Positions 1 through 9,531 of a DNA stretch of 64,000 nt are shown here, piece after piece. Both the position numbers and the translations under genes were made by a program. Origin of the DNA: a virus. Location: positions 9,727 to 73,726 of IMG/VR virus record IMGVR_UViG_3300009149_000022, one strand, 5' to 3'. Below the pieces are notes generated by a model that had not been told where the DNA came from, ran no database searches, and was given only the letters and a program-made list of their open reading frames with translations. The first letter of the stretch is position 1. The number at the start of each line of letters is the position of its first letter.

Positions 1-1
1 A

Positions 2-1270
2 CACCCACAATATAAAGATATCATATATCAATTTAATTTACCCAAGATACTTTTTTGTGATATTGAAACCGATATACACGATGGGTTTCCCGATCCAAAT
101 GTGGCAAAAGAAAAAATAACCGCAATTACAGTTTGTTGGAAAGATGATAACAACAAAATTCAAGTTCTTGTACTAGGAGAAAAAGAAGATTTCGATTATA
201 AAAAACAGAAAGAAATGAACAATTTTATTGTTGATTATTTTTCTAAAGTAACAGATATGGATATCATAATGAAATATTTACATATCCCGGACGAAAAAAA
301 ATTATTAGAATCGTTTGTGAAAATTTGCTCAAAATTTCATGTCTTAACAGGATGGAATTTCATAAATACTTTTCGAGCGAATTGGGCCAATGATAGTGGT
401 TTTGACTGGCCATTCTTATCAAATAGAATGGACTTATTAAAGGTTGACTATAAACAAATATCACCAACAAATAACGTATCTAGGAAAAAAGATATAGGTA
501 AAGTACCTAGTCATTTTGCAATTGTTGATTATATGTATTATTTTGATGCATTTGATAGAAGTATTAAAGTAAAAGAATCTAAAGGTTTAGATTTTGTTTC
601 TGGACAAGTGTTGGGTGTTAAGAAATTGAAATATGGTAACTATCCTGTTATGAATGGGGATGTACTAAAAGAAATGTATCAAAATGATTATGATACATAT
701 TGTATATACAACGCTATTGATACTATTTTAGTGCTCTTAATACACGAAAAAAGACAACCATTTACTGCCATTTTAGCACAAGGAAATGCATCAGGTAATC
801 ATATAGACAAAGCAGATTCTGCTGTTAACGTTACTGAAGGTTTTATGTCAAAAGCATATATCCAAGATAATAAAGTATTGCCCCTTATAGATATATCAAA
901 AAGAGAAAAAGAATCTTATGAAGGTGCATATGTAAAATCTCCAATAGCTGGGTTACACACCCTAACGTGTTGTTATGATTTTAGTTCACTTTATCCTTCT
1001 ATATCTAGATTCTTAGAATTGGGGTTTGAAAATTTTGATAAAAAGATTATAGGAGATTTAAAAAAATATTCAAACTACAAAGAACAATCTGTAAAATTAG
1101 AAAGAACTAATAATGATGAAATAATAAGTGTTACTGGTTGTGTCTTTAAAAAGGGTCAATCTACTTTGAAAACAGTATATGATGATTTGTATGCTGACAG
1201 AAAGAAAAATCAATACCGATCTAAATTGTGTGCAAAAATATCACACGAAATAAAACAAAAACGTAAATAA
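2..1270 (+). CDS. gp43: Family B DNA polymerase, N-terminal piece (3'-5' exonuclease + palm motif A; gp43A-like), 5'-truncated by the window
   Basis: Frame is open back to base 2 and contains ExoI FCDIET, ExoII GWN...FDWPF, ExoIII YNAID, YEGAYV and motif A DFSSLYPS; it ends in the fingers helix (LYADRKK). Confidence 0.93.
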   Translation, partial: HPQYKDIIYQFNLPKILFCDIETDIHDGFPDPNVAKEKITAITVCWKDDNNKIQVLVLGEKEDFDYKKQKEMNNFIVDYFSKVTDMDIIMKYLHIPDEKKLLESFVKICSKFHVLTGWNFINTFRANWANDSGFDWPFLSNRMDLLKVDYKQISPTNNVSRKKDIGKVPSHFAIVDYMYYFDAFDRSIKVKESKGLDFVSGQVLGVKKLKYGNYPVMNGDVLKEMYQNDYDTYCIYNAIDTILVLLIHEKRQPFTAILAQGNASGNHIDKADSAVNVTEGFMSKAYIQDNKVLPLIDISKREKESYEGAYVKSPIAGLHTLTCCYDFSSLYPSISRFLELGFENFDKKIIGDLKKYSNYKEQSVKLERTNNDEIISVTGCVFKKGQSTLKTVYDDLYADRKKNQYRSKLCAKISHEIKQKRK

Positions 1271-1302
1271 ATACATTTAATAATAAACAAAACAGTAATT
1301 TA

Positions 1303-2091
1303 ATGAAAAAAGTAGTATTAAAAACAGTAGACCTAGTAAAGTTTAACAACTTTATTGATTCATTGATTCCACTTAATGAAACCGGAACTATTTATTTTAA
1401 AATAGATTCTAAATATATTAGTACAGATTCACATAATGATAGTGGTACTATCATTAAGAGTCTGAAATCTGAAATTAGTCAAATATGTGGAGAATCAAAC
1501 TTAGATAGTATTGATAAACCAATTAAACTTTGTTTCTATGATGGTAAAAAAGTAAAGAAAGCATTTTCCTTTTTGAGTGGTAATGAAATTACTTGTGAAA
1601 TATCGTTTTCAGAACTAGAATCAACCGGTGAATATTTTGCAGAAACTGTTAAGATTTCTAGTCCTAAAATATCCATCACATTAGATGCAGCAGACCCAGA
1701 ATTATTCGAATTTGCAAATGTACCAGAAGATAAAATAGAAGAGGTTAAAAATGTTTCAAATGCTGATTGTAATTTTAGAATGAGTGCAAATGAAATTTTA
1801 CAAGTTCAAAAATTCTTAGATTTTGATAAAAATGAAGAAGTTGAATTTAGAGTAAATGGACAAGTTACCGTTTGTTCAGAAGATGCTTATGATATTTCAA
1901 TTTCAGATGATTTCGAAGGATTGCCTAATGGTGGTATGAATATCTATAAAATAGGTAAAGAACTATTTAAATTAGTAGATTCTAATTCATATGTTGTATA
2001 TCCAGTATTAGATGAATGTAAAATAATTTTTAAAGCAGAAGATAATTCTACACAAGTAGTTATCACATTACATGAAGACATAGATTTATAA
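1303..2091 (+). CDS. Sliding clamp (gp45/PCNA-like)
   Basis: 262 aa acidic protein with an alternating alpha/beta clamp-like pattern, lying between polymerase pieces; a clamp loader is present in the window. Confidence 0.65.
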   Translation: MKKVVLKTVDLVKFNNFIDSLIPLNETGTIYFKIDSKYISTDSHNDSGTIIKSLKSEISQICGESNLDSIDKPIKLCFYDGKKVKKAFSFLSGNEITCEISFSELESTGEYFAETVKISSPKISITLDAADPELFEFANVPEDKIEEVKNVSNADCNFRMSANEILQVQKFLDFDKNEEVEFRVNGQVTVCSEDAYDISISDDFEGLPNGGMNIYKIGKELFKLVDSNSYVVYPVLDECKIIFKAEDNSTQVVITLHEDIDL

Positions 2092-2092
2092 T

Positions 2093-2836
2093 ATGTCCAT
2101 AAGCATTAAAAATATGAGCACAGAAGAACTAGAGAATTTCGATTGGGATTCTCTAGATGATTCTCAATTAGATAAAGTTCTTGTTCAGTTAGATGATGAA
2201 GCCAATATTAAGAAAACACTAGAGCAAAGTAACAAATTAGTTCTTAATTCAATATATGGCGCACTTGCGTCTAAATACTTTTATTGGTATGATAAATCAT
2301 TAGCTGAAACTATTACTATACAAGGTCAAGATGCTATTCGATATGCTGAAAAGGCATTAGATTCTTATTTTCATAATGTTTTTCACAAAGATAAATTAGT
2401 TTTGACTAAACTAAAAGAATTGTGTCCAGATGTTAATATTGAACCACAACCGTGTGTGAAACCCACTGTGGTATATATTGATACGGATAGTGTCGATAAA
2501 GATACTATTGTTAGTACTAATAAAGGCAATATTAGAATAGAAGATTTATATAACGAATCTAACAATAGTGCTGGTAATACACAAAACGGTCACGAATCAG
2601 TAACAACCAATAAAACCGTATTAAATTGGTCAAAAGAAAAAGGACTATATCAAGCACCAGTGAAAAGAGTTATTAGACACAAAGTAACTAAAGCAAAGTG
2701 GAAACTTAAAACTAAATCAGGAAAGGAAGTAATCGTAACTAATGACCACTCTATGATTGTTTTTAGGAATGGTATTAAAGTTCAAGTTAAACCATCAGAA
2801 ATTAAAAAAACTGATAAAATATTATCAGTTTTGTAG
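2093..2836 (+). CDS. gp43: PolB middle piece (motif B KLVLNSIYG, first half of motif C YIDTD) fused to a split-intein N-fragment
   Basis: KxxxNSxYG, ITxQGQ and YIDTD are followed by Hint sequence SVDKDTIV...IRIEDLY...VTNDHS. Confidence 0.92.
   Translation: MSISIKNMSTEELENFDWDSLDDSQLDKVLVQLDDEANIKKTLEQSNKLVLNSIYGALASKYFYWYDKSLAETITIQGQDAIRYAEKALDSYFHNVFHKDKLVLTKLKELCPDVNIEPQPCVKPTVVYIDTDSVDKDTIVSTNKGNIRIEDLYNESNNSAGNTQNGHESVTTNKTVLNWSKEKGLYQAPVKRVIRHKVTKAKWKLKTKSGKEVIVTNDHSMIVFRNGIKVQVKPSEIKKTDKILSVL
2489..2833 (+). other. Split intein N-fragment (115 aa, Ser1)
   Basis: Block A SVDKDTIV, block B VIVTNDHS (TxxH), ends KPSEIKKTDKILSVL-stop. Confidence 0.92.
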
Positions 2837-2912
2837 TTCATTATGGAAAGAATTAATATGGCATAATGGACAAAGAAAACAAATTCAATAGAACAAGTAG
2901 AAAAAATAGTAA

Positions 2913-3041
2913 ATGAAATACGAAATAGAAGAAATAGAATCAATTGAGTGTATAGGAGATTTCGAAGATGAATATGTCTATGATATTGAAGTAGATGACG
3001 ATACTCACACTTTCATTGCTAATGGTATATTAGTTCATAAT
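2913..3041 (+). other. Split intein C-fragment (43 aa, ends HN, +1 Ser)
   Basis: Block F VYDIEV and block G ILVHN/S, with its own ATG. Confidence 0.93.
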
Positions 3042-3866
3042 AGTGCTTATGTTACTTTCGAAGAGGTTGCGGAAAAAATTAATTGGACGGGTTCTCCTAC
3101 TGATCTTGTATTAACTATTAATGAAATTAGATTATCTGGTTATCTAAAAAAGGTATTTGATAAATACGCCGAATCTTACAACACAGATAATTATTTAGAT
3201 TTCGAATTAGAAACTATTAGTAAATCTGGTATATGGGTTAAGAAAAAGAAATACACACAAGATATTGTGTGGGCTGATGGTAAATTCTATGATAGTGGAA
3301 CATATACAAAAACAACCGGTCTTGAAATTATTAGACTAACAACACCACCTTTTTGTAGACCTGAATTATCTAAATTGGTTCAATGGATATTTGATAAAGG
3401 TAAAAACTTTACACAAAGAGATATAACCATTGAATTACTAAAACTAAAGAAACGATTTGCCATAGCAGGTATAGAAGACATTTCGATAACAACAGCAATT
3501 GGTGACTATGAAAAATATGTTATAGATGACAAAGACTCTTTAAATCTCAATGATGGTTGTGGTACACATATTAGAGGTGCTGCGATTTATAATATGTACA
3601 TTAATAACAATTCATCATATGAAAATCAATACGAAAGGTTAAAAACGGGTGACAAGGTAAAATGGTATTATGCAAAATCACATAAATCAGATTATAACGT
3701 TTTTAGTTTTAAACGTGGTTCATTCCCTAAAGAATTTGCACCAGAAGTGGATATTGATTTGATGTTTGAAAAAACTATCATAAATCCATTAAACAACATA
3801 CTACAAGCAATACCAGGTATTAATAAACTATCTGGATCTTTAAAAATTAAAAATCGTTTATTTTAA
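2913..3866 (+). CDS. gp43: Split-intein C-fragment fused to PolB C-terminal piece (rest of palm, thumb)
   Basis: YVYDIEV...HTFIANGILVHN then SAYVTF, KKKY, TGLEIIR, HIRGA. Confidence 0.93.
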   Translation: MKYEIEEIESIECIGDFEDEYVYDIEVDDDTHTFIANGILVHNSAYVTFEEVAEKINWTGSPTDLVLTINEIRLSGYLKKVFDKYAESYNTDNYLDFELETISKSGIWVKKKKYTQDIVWADGKFYDSGTYTKTTGLEIIRLTTPPFCRPELSKLVQWIFDKGKNFTQRDITIELLKLKKRFAIAGIEDISITTAIGDYEKYVIDDKDSLNLNDGCGTHIRGAAIYNMYINNNSSYENQYERLKTGDKVKWYYAKSHKSDYNVFSFKRGSFPKEFAPEVDIDLMFEKTIINPLNNILQAIPGINKLSGSLKIKNRLF

Positions 3867-3883
3867 AAAAATGAAATAATTAT

Positions 3884-5104
3884 ATGACAAAAGTAAGTAA
3901 AAAACACAGTTCTGTCGATGACATATTCAAAGAATTAGGAGAAGTTAACCCCTTTGGAACAAGTTCCTTTGGTAATTCAGAAACCTATAAGAATGAAACA
4001 TGGATAGATTCTGGTAATTGGATTTTAAATGCAGCCCTAAGTGGATCAATAAAAAAAGGGTTTCCAAGTACTAAACAAACCAGTTTAGTAGGAGAATCTG
4101 GTAGTGGAAAAACATTCTTAACATTGAACGCTGTAAGAAATGCCCAACAAATGGGTTACACACCAATATATTACGATACAGAAGGTGCTGTTGATCCACA
4201 AGCATGTATAAATTTTGGAATTGATTTAGATAATTTTAGACACGAACCAGTTTCCGAAATCGAAAAACTGAAAACCATGTTTGCTATTTTTATCAAGAGT
4301 TTAACAGATTTAAAAATAAAAGGTAAAGAAATTCCAAAATTTATTTTGATTCTAGATTCTATTGGTATGGTTGCATCATCTAAAGAAATCGAAGATGCGA
4401 GAACGGGTAATAGTGCTGCGGATATGACAAGAGCAAAACAAATACGATCTTTTTTTAGAATAATCACATCTGATTTAAATTCATTGGGAATACCTATGTT
4501 ATTCACAAATCACGTAGGTGTTAATATAGGAGGATATGGTGATCCTGTTGTACAAGGTGGTGGTAGTGGTGTGGTTTATTCACCAAGTATTACATTATTT
4601 TTATCTAAAGCTAAATTGAAAGATGATAAAGGTGATGATAAGAAACAAACTGGTGTTATAGTTACAGCAAAAACCGGTAAAAATAGATTTGCACAACCAA
4701 AAACAATTAAATTCCCCATTTTCTTTGATAGACCGTTTAATAGATATATGGGTGTACAAGATTATTTGACTTGGGAAAATGTGGGTATTGCAAAGGGTAA
4801 TATTTTAACAGAAAAAGAATATAGTAAACTCAAAGGTGCTGAATTAGAAAAAGTTAAATCATTCACACCATCTGGTAGTGAAGAAGTAATGTATTTTATG
4901 CCAAAAGAAACAGCTAGGAATTATGTTATTGAACATTTGGGTATTACGGTTGACGCACGAAACTTATTTACTGATAAAGTAATGTTACCCTTAGAAGACC
5001 GATTCGATAAAGTTATTAGAAAAGATTTTGAGTTTAGTTCCCAAGAATCTGATAGTGAAATAGATGGTTTGATAGATGAATCTGATGAAGAAATCGAAGA
5101 TTAA
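3884..5104 (+). CDS. uvsX: UvsX/RecA-like recombinase
   Basis: GESGSGKT, YDTEGA, ILDSIG, DMTRAK, GGG motif, KNRF. Confidence 0.93.
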   Translation: MTKVSKKHSSVDDIFKELGEVNPFGTSSFGNSETYKNETWIDSGNWILNAALSGSIKKGFPSTKQTSLVGESGSGKTFLTLNAVRNAQQMGYTPIYYDTEGAVDPQACINFGIDLDNFRHEPVSEIEKLKTMFAIFIKSLTDLKIKGKEIPKFILILDSIGMVASSKEIEDARTGNSAADMTRAKQIRSFFRIITSDLNSLGIPMLFTNHVGVNIGGYGDPVVQGGGSGVVYSPSITLFLSKAKLKDDKGDDKKQTGVIVTAKTGKNRFAQPKTIKFPIFFDRPFNRYMGVQDYLTWENVGIAKGNILTEKEYSKLKGAELEKVKSFTPSGSEEVMYFMPKETARNYVIEHLGITVDARNLFTDKVMLPLEDRFDKVIRKDFEFSSQESDSEIDGLIDESDEEIED

Positions 5105-5190
5105 AATTGTTAATACATAAATACAAAACCGAATTATCTATGATTTTTCGGTTTTTTGTGTTCATTAAATATATAAAATATGATAATCAC

Positions 5191-5394
5191 ATGAAAGGTT
5201 TATGCGACATACTAAAAGAATCAAAAGAATCCGATAAATTAGCTAATGGAATAAATAAAGCTATTGTGAAAATTGATGATAATATGAGTTATACTGATTT
5301 TGCACTTGCTGTTGCAAAGATTCTAAAAGATGAATATGGTGAACATAATTTCGAACCATTCACTAAAGTTCTACACAAAGAATTAGGAATGTGA
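5191..5394 (+). CDS. Small hypothetical protein with capsid-targeting-like leader
   Basis: ATG 5191 after TTAAATA; MKGLCDILKES; followed by a terminator. Confidence 0.6.
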   Translation: MKGLCDILKESKESDKLANGINKAIVKIDDNMSYTDFALAVAKILKDEYGEHNFEPFTKVLHKELGM

Positions 5395-5419
5395 TTTCAC
5401 ATTGCTACATAAAATATAT

Positions 5420-5450
5420 AAAAGGACTAAAATTATTTAGTCCTTTTTTT
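5420..5450 (+). terminator. Intrinsic terminator
   Basis: AAAAGGACTAAA-loop-TTTAGTCCTTTTTTT. Confidence 0.8.
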
Positions 5451-5476
5451 GTTGTAATATACAAATAAGATTGTAT

Positions 5477-6775
5477 ATGATAAACACAAGTGAATTTGAA
5501 AAGATTTTTTTACTTTTCGCATTAGAAAATCCGGTATATTTAGAACCCATAGAAAGATCATTTTTTTCTGTTCCTGAAATAGATTTACTTGCAATAATTT
5601 CTAAAAAATATTATAAGAAATTCAAAAAAGCACCATCAAAAGAAAACTTGTGGATGTTAATATCTACTGGTGAATTAGAAGAAAAATGTCCTAAGATTTT
5701 TTTCGATGAAATATTTAAGAAAAACATTAGAGAATATGATATTGAATGGGTTGAACAAACGGCACAATCTTGGATTAAATGGAAACACTTAGATTCTTCA
5801 ATTGTAGATACTGTTGAATATATAAACACCGCAAAAGTTACACCAGAAAATGTTGGTGAAATTGTTGATAGTGTTAAGAATATGATTAATGGTAGAAACA
5901 ATCTAACATTTGATGATGATCTGGGTACAGACTTTTTTGATGCAAAATCCCATAAAAGAAATGCAGAAGATTTACTTAGTTCTAATTACGATTTCATAGA
6001 TAAAAACTTAGGTGGTCATTCTAAAGGTACACTAAATGTGTATATTGCACCACCTAATACTGGTAAGTCATTATTCCTTTGTCAAGATGCTGCTAATTAT
6101 ATTAAATCGGGAAAAAATGTTTTATACATTTCATTAGAAATGCAAGGACAAAAGGTACATAAACGAATAGGTTCTGATATTTTCAACATAAATATAAGTC
6201 AATACGACAAAAAAGCCGAAGATTTAGACTATATGCAACGTAAGATTACTGAATTCAAAGAAATGAATTTAGTAACACCGGGTGCATTAACAGTTAGGAA
6301 TTACGAAACTAGTAATGCAACAGCTGATGATATTGATAATTTTATTGGTAAAATACAAGATATAACTGGTATAATATATGATGTTGTTTTGGTTGACTAT
6401 ATCAACATCATGAAAGATAAAAGAAATCCTAATTCTGAATCTACATATTTGAAAATTAAAAATATATCAGAGGATTTAAGAGCAGTTGCACAAAGAAGAC
6501 ATGTTGTGATGATAAGTGCCACACAAACAAATAAAATGGGAATAGAATCGTCTAATTTAAATTTAAGCCATATTGCAGAGTCAGCTGGTCTTGCTGCAAC
6601 TTGTGATACTATTATGGCTATTATACAAACAGCTGAAATGAATTTAGAAAATTTCTATTGGTTGAAACTCATAAAAGTTAGAGATGGATCAAAGGGTGCT
6701 AAATGTCGTATCAATATAGACTATGATTATATGAGACTTACTGAAACCAATACTGTTATGTTCGATTCGGAATAA
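5477..6775 (+). CDS. gp41: Replicative DnaB-like helicase (gp41)
   Basis: APPNTGKS, YISLEM, LVDYIN, SATQTN, IAESAGL, KVRDG. Confidence 0.93.
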   Translation: MINTSEFEKIFLLFALENPVYLEPIERSFFSVPEIDLLAIISKKYYKKFKKAPSKENLWMLISTGELEEKCPKIFFDEIFKKNIREYDIEWVEQTAQSWIKWKHLDSSIVDTVEYINTAKVTPENVGEIVDSVKNMINGRNNLTFDDDLGTDFFDAKSHKRNAEDLLSSNYDFIDKNLGGHSKGTLNVYIAPPNTGKSLFLCQDAANYIKSGKNVLYISLEMQGQKVHKRIGSDIFNINISQYDKKAEDLDYMQRKITEFKEMNLVTPGALTVRNYETSNATADDIDNFIGKIQDITGIIYDVVLVDYINIMKDKRNPNSESTYLKIKNISEDLRAVAQRRHVVMISATQTNKMGIESSNLNLSHIAESAGLAATCDTIMAIIQTAEMNLENFYWLKLIKVRDGSKGAKCRINIDYDYMRLTETNTVMFDSE

Positions 6776-6860
6776 ATTACTACTCTACTAAAGATAATGT
6801 AGTAATTTATACCAGTTTGACGGCATTGGTAATGTATTAAAGTTTTTGGTTAAATAATAT

Positions 6861-7808
6861 ATGAAGATAACCGAAAATGATAATATACAATGGGAAAGAA
6901 TGGGAATTTACATATTACTAAATGAAAACGGAAAGTGTTATATAGGTAGTACTAACAATATAAAAAATAGATATTTTAGACATAAACACCTGTTGGTGAA
7001 TGGTAAACACGGCAAGTATATACAAAGAGCATATAATAAAAAAACAGCTAAGTTTAATTTTGAAATATTGGAATATGTAGACGATGTTAAAGATTTAAGA
7101 AAAAGAGAGGCACACTATATAAAAGAATACCAATCTATGTACTATCAAAATGGATATAATATTTTTGATGTGGATGATAATGGATATTTTTGCCATTCAG
7201 ATGAAACTAAAAAGAAAATATCAGAAGCAAATAGAGGTAAAATACCATATATAGATATTTTTGGGGCACATGGTGTGACAACTAAAGATGATACAAGATG
7301 GGAAAGTGGCGAAATATATCACAATACTACAAATAAAGTTTCTTGTATAGATAGTAATGGAAATACTAAAGTGGTAACTATGGAAGAATTTGAATCATCA
7401 AAAGATTTGTTTGGTGTCAATAAAGGTAAAAGTACATACAAGGACAAGTATGGAAATACTACAATGACTACCATAGATGACCCTAGAGTATTAAGTGGTG
7501 AGTTGGTTGGTATTACTAAAGGAATACCTTCATTGCATGCCAAGGTAATTACTGTTGATGGTATAACATATCGTTCGTTAGAAGATGCATATACAACACT
7601 AGGAATATCAAAACCAACTTTCCGTAAACTATTAAAGGATGTAAATAATATTATATCTACCGTTCCATTTCAAGTGTCATTGTCAAAATATTTAGACGAA
7701 AAAAATAAAAGACAAGTTATTATAGATGGTATTGTATATAAGAATATGACAGTTGCTGTGAAAGAATTAGGAATAAGTAGGTATAAATTAAAAAAACATG
7801 AAAGCTAG
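6861..7808 (+). CDS. Free-standing GIY-YIG homing endonuclease (Seg-like; NUMOD3 and HTH tail)
   Basis: GIYILL...YIGST, REAHYI, GYN, HSDETKKKISEA, two C-terminal DGIxY HTH-like repeats. Confidence 0.9.
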   Translation: MKITENDNIQWERMGIYILLNENGKCYIGSTNNIKNRYFRHKHLLVNGKHGKYIQRAYNKKTAKFNFEILEYVDDVKDLRKREAHYIKEYQSMYYQNGYNIFDVDDNGYFCHSDETKKKISEANRGKIPYIDIFGAHGVTTKDDTRWESGEIYHNTTNKVSCIDSNGNTKVVTMEEFESSKDLFGVNKGKSTYKDKYGNTTMTTIDDPRVLSGELVGITKGIPSLHAKVITVDGITYRSLEDAYTTLGISKPTFRKLLKDVNNIISTVPFQVSLSKYLDEKNKRQVIIDGIVYKNMTVAVKELGISRYKLKKHES

Positions 7809-7878
7809 GATAAACATTGATTATGATTATATGAGATTACAAGAAACTAATACGATTATTTTTGATTCTGGTGAATAA
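7798..7878 (+). pseudogene. Orphan second copy of the helicase 3' end (MKARINIDYDYMRLQETNTIIFDSGE)
   Basis: Aligns with the helicase C-terminus KCRINIDYDYMRLTETNTVMFDSE, with many synonymous differences. Confidence 0.9.
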
Positions 7879-7900
7879 AATATTTACACAAAAAAACGCA

Positions 7901-7914
7901 TTTAATAAGTATAA
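7901..7914 (+). promoter_or_regulatory. Putative middle promoter motif TTTAATAAGTATAA
   Basis: Near-identical copies at 23080, 45551 and 48903, each just upstream of a start codon. Confidence 0.55.
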
Positions 7915-7924
7915 ATAAGCATTT

Positions 7925-8401
7925 ATGGCAGAAGAGAAAAAAACAAATAAAGAAACGAATTATTATCTACAAGAAAGGTATTTGAGTGGTGAGATGAATA
8001 CCGATAAGATTTCCTTTGAACCTGATACGAGTAGTAGGTTATATTTTGATAATTCACAAGAATCTGCGAATAAGATGGTAGATTTAGAAGAATTAGAAAA
8101 ATGTATTGTGTCCAATGAAACTATTAAAAAAATAATAGATGATATCCCACTAGAAAGGACAATTAATTTACCTATTGAAAGTGTAAATAAGATATATTCA
8201 TATTGTATGTTATTGTTAAAATCTAATGAGCGTTTGTCAAAACTTACTAAGATAGAAATGTTTTCCTTAATAACAGATTATATAAATTTGAATGAAAAGG
8301 AAACAAAATACTTTTACAAAAACCTATCTATAAAATTCAAATCTGATTTATTAGACGAATTAAAAAAAGCAAAACTATATAAAGATAATAAACTTTTTTA
8401 A
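7925..8401 (+). CDS. Hypothetical protein
   Basis: 158 aa ORF in the operon. Confidence 0.75.
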   Translation: MAEEKKTNKETNYYLQERYLSGEMNTDKISFEPDTSSRLYFDNSQESANKMVDLEELEKCIVSNETIKKIIDDIPLERTINLPIESVNKIYSYCMLLLKSNERLSKLTKIEMFSLITDYINLNEKETKYFYKNLSIKFKSDLLDELKKAKLYKDNKLF

Positions 8402-8403
8402 TT

Positions 8404-9456
8404 ATGAGTAAAGTATTCTGTCTTTCAGATACACATTTAGGTGCCAGATCGAATTCCACTGAATGGATGGATATAATGGAACAAGCACATTTCGACTTTA
8501 TTATTCCTACTATTAAAAATCATTTTAAACCTGGGGACATCATCATAAATTGTGGTGATGTATTTGATAATAGAACATCAGTAAATGTTAAATCATTAGA
8601 TTTAGGTATAAAGATTTATGAACAATTAGGTCAAATATGTCCTGTACACATTATTGCAGGTAACCACGATATTTATTATAAATCAAACACGGATGTTACA
8701 TCACTAGACATTTTAAAATATATACCCAATGTTCATATTCACAAAACGGTTTCTGTTTTAGAACATGACGGACACAAGTTTTTAATGATGCCTTGGCGGA
8801 AAGATATAAAAGAAGAAGCAGAAACATTACAAGAATATCAAAAAGAATACAACTGCGAATATGCATTTATGCATGGTACATTTTCATTAATAAAATACAA
8901 TAAATATGTTGACATTCATGAAGAAGATGGTGCCAATCCTAAAAGTGCTGATGGATATAAAAGAGTTTATACTGGTCATATCCATTGGTCACAACAAAAA
9001 AGAAATATTAATGTGATAGGAACACCTTATCAAATAACTAGGGGGGATTCTAGTAACCCTAAAGGTATATTTTCATTGGATTTAGAAACGGGTGAAGATA
9101 CTTTTTATGAAAATCACATATCACCCAAGTTTATTCAATTTAAGATTGATAACATAGACAAAGAACAATTGATGGAAATTCACAAATTGAGTAATAACAA
9201 CTTTGTTGATATTAACATTAAAGAAAAATTATTATCATCTAATTCCTCTAAATTGACCAAAGTATTTCATAAGATAGGTGAACAAGCAAGGGTTTTGAAT
9301 ATTTTTCCAGTTGAACAAGACTATAGTGATGTAGACGAAAGTTTATCATCATTAGACGCAAAAGGCCTTATAAACAAAGAAATTGATAAAAGATTTGAGG
9401 GTGAAGATAACAAGAAAGCAAGAAAAATATTTGAAGATTTATTTAAAACGATATAA
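8404..9456 (+). CDS. gp47: Recombination endonuclease subunit, Mre11/SbcD-like (gp47)
   Basis: DTHLG, GDVFD, GNHD, HG, GHIH metallophosphoesterase motifs. Confidence 0.92.
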   Translation: MSKVFCLSDTHLGARSNSTEWMDIMEQAHFDFIIPTIKNHFKPGDIIINCGDVFDNRTSVNVKSLDLGIKIYEQLGQICPVHIIAGNHDIYYKSNTDVTSLDILKYIPNVHIHKTVSVLEHDGHKFLMMPWRKDIKEEAETLQEYQKEYNCEYAFMHGTFSLIKYNKYVDIHEEDGANPKSADGYKRVYTGHIHWSQQKRNINVIGTPYQITRGDSSNPKGIFSLDLETGEDTFYENHISPKFIQFKIDNIDKEQLMEIHKLSNNNFVDINIKEKLLSSNSSKLTKVFHKIGEQARVLNIFPVEQDYSDVDESLSSLDAKGLINKEIDKRFEGEDNKKARKIFEDLFKTI

Positions 9457-9531
9457 ATTATGCAAGAAGTAATAGAGTTAGTTAATAAGTTTTTCTCAGA
9501 TAGGGATGAAGTTCAAAAACAATAGAAGAGA

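Noticed and set aside
2834-2915. Read-through joining IntN and IntC into one cis intein
   Set aside because: A second stop follows at 2864, and IntC is in a different frame with its own ATG
6776-7878. Group I intron in the helicase gene
   Set aside because: The upstream gene is already complete, and the non-coding flank (about 85 bp) is too short for a ribozyme core; no P7-like elements were seen
9460-9525. 21-aa ORF between gp47 and gp46
   Set aside because: Too short and motif-free to support
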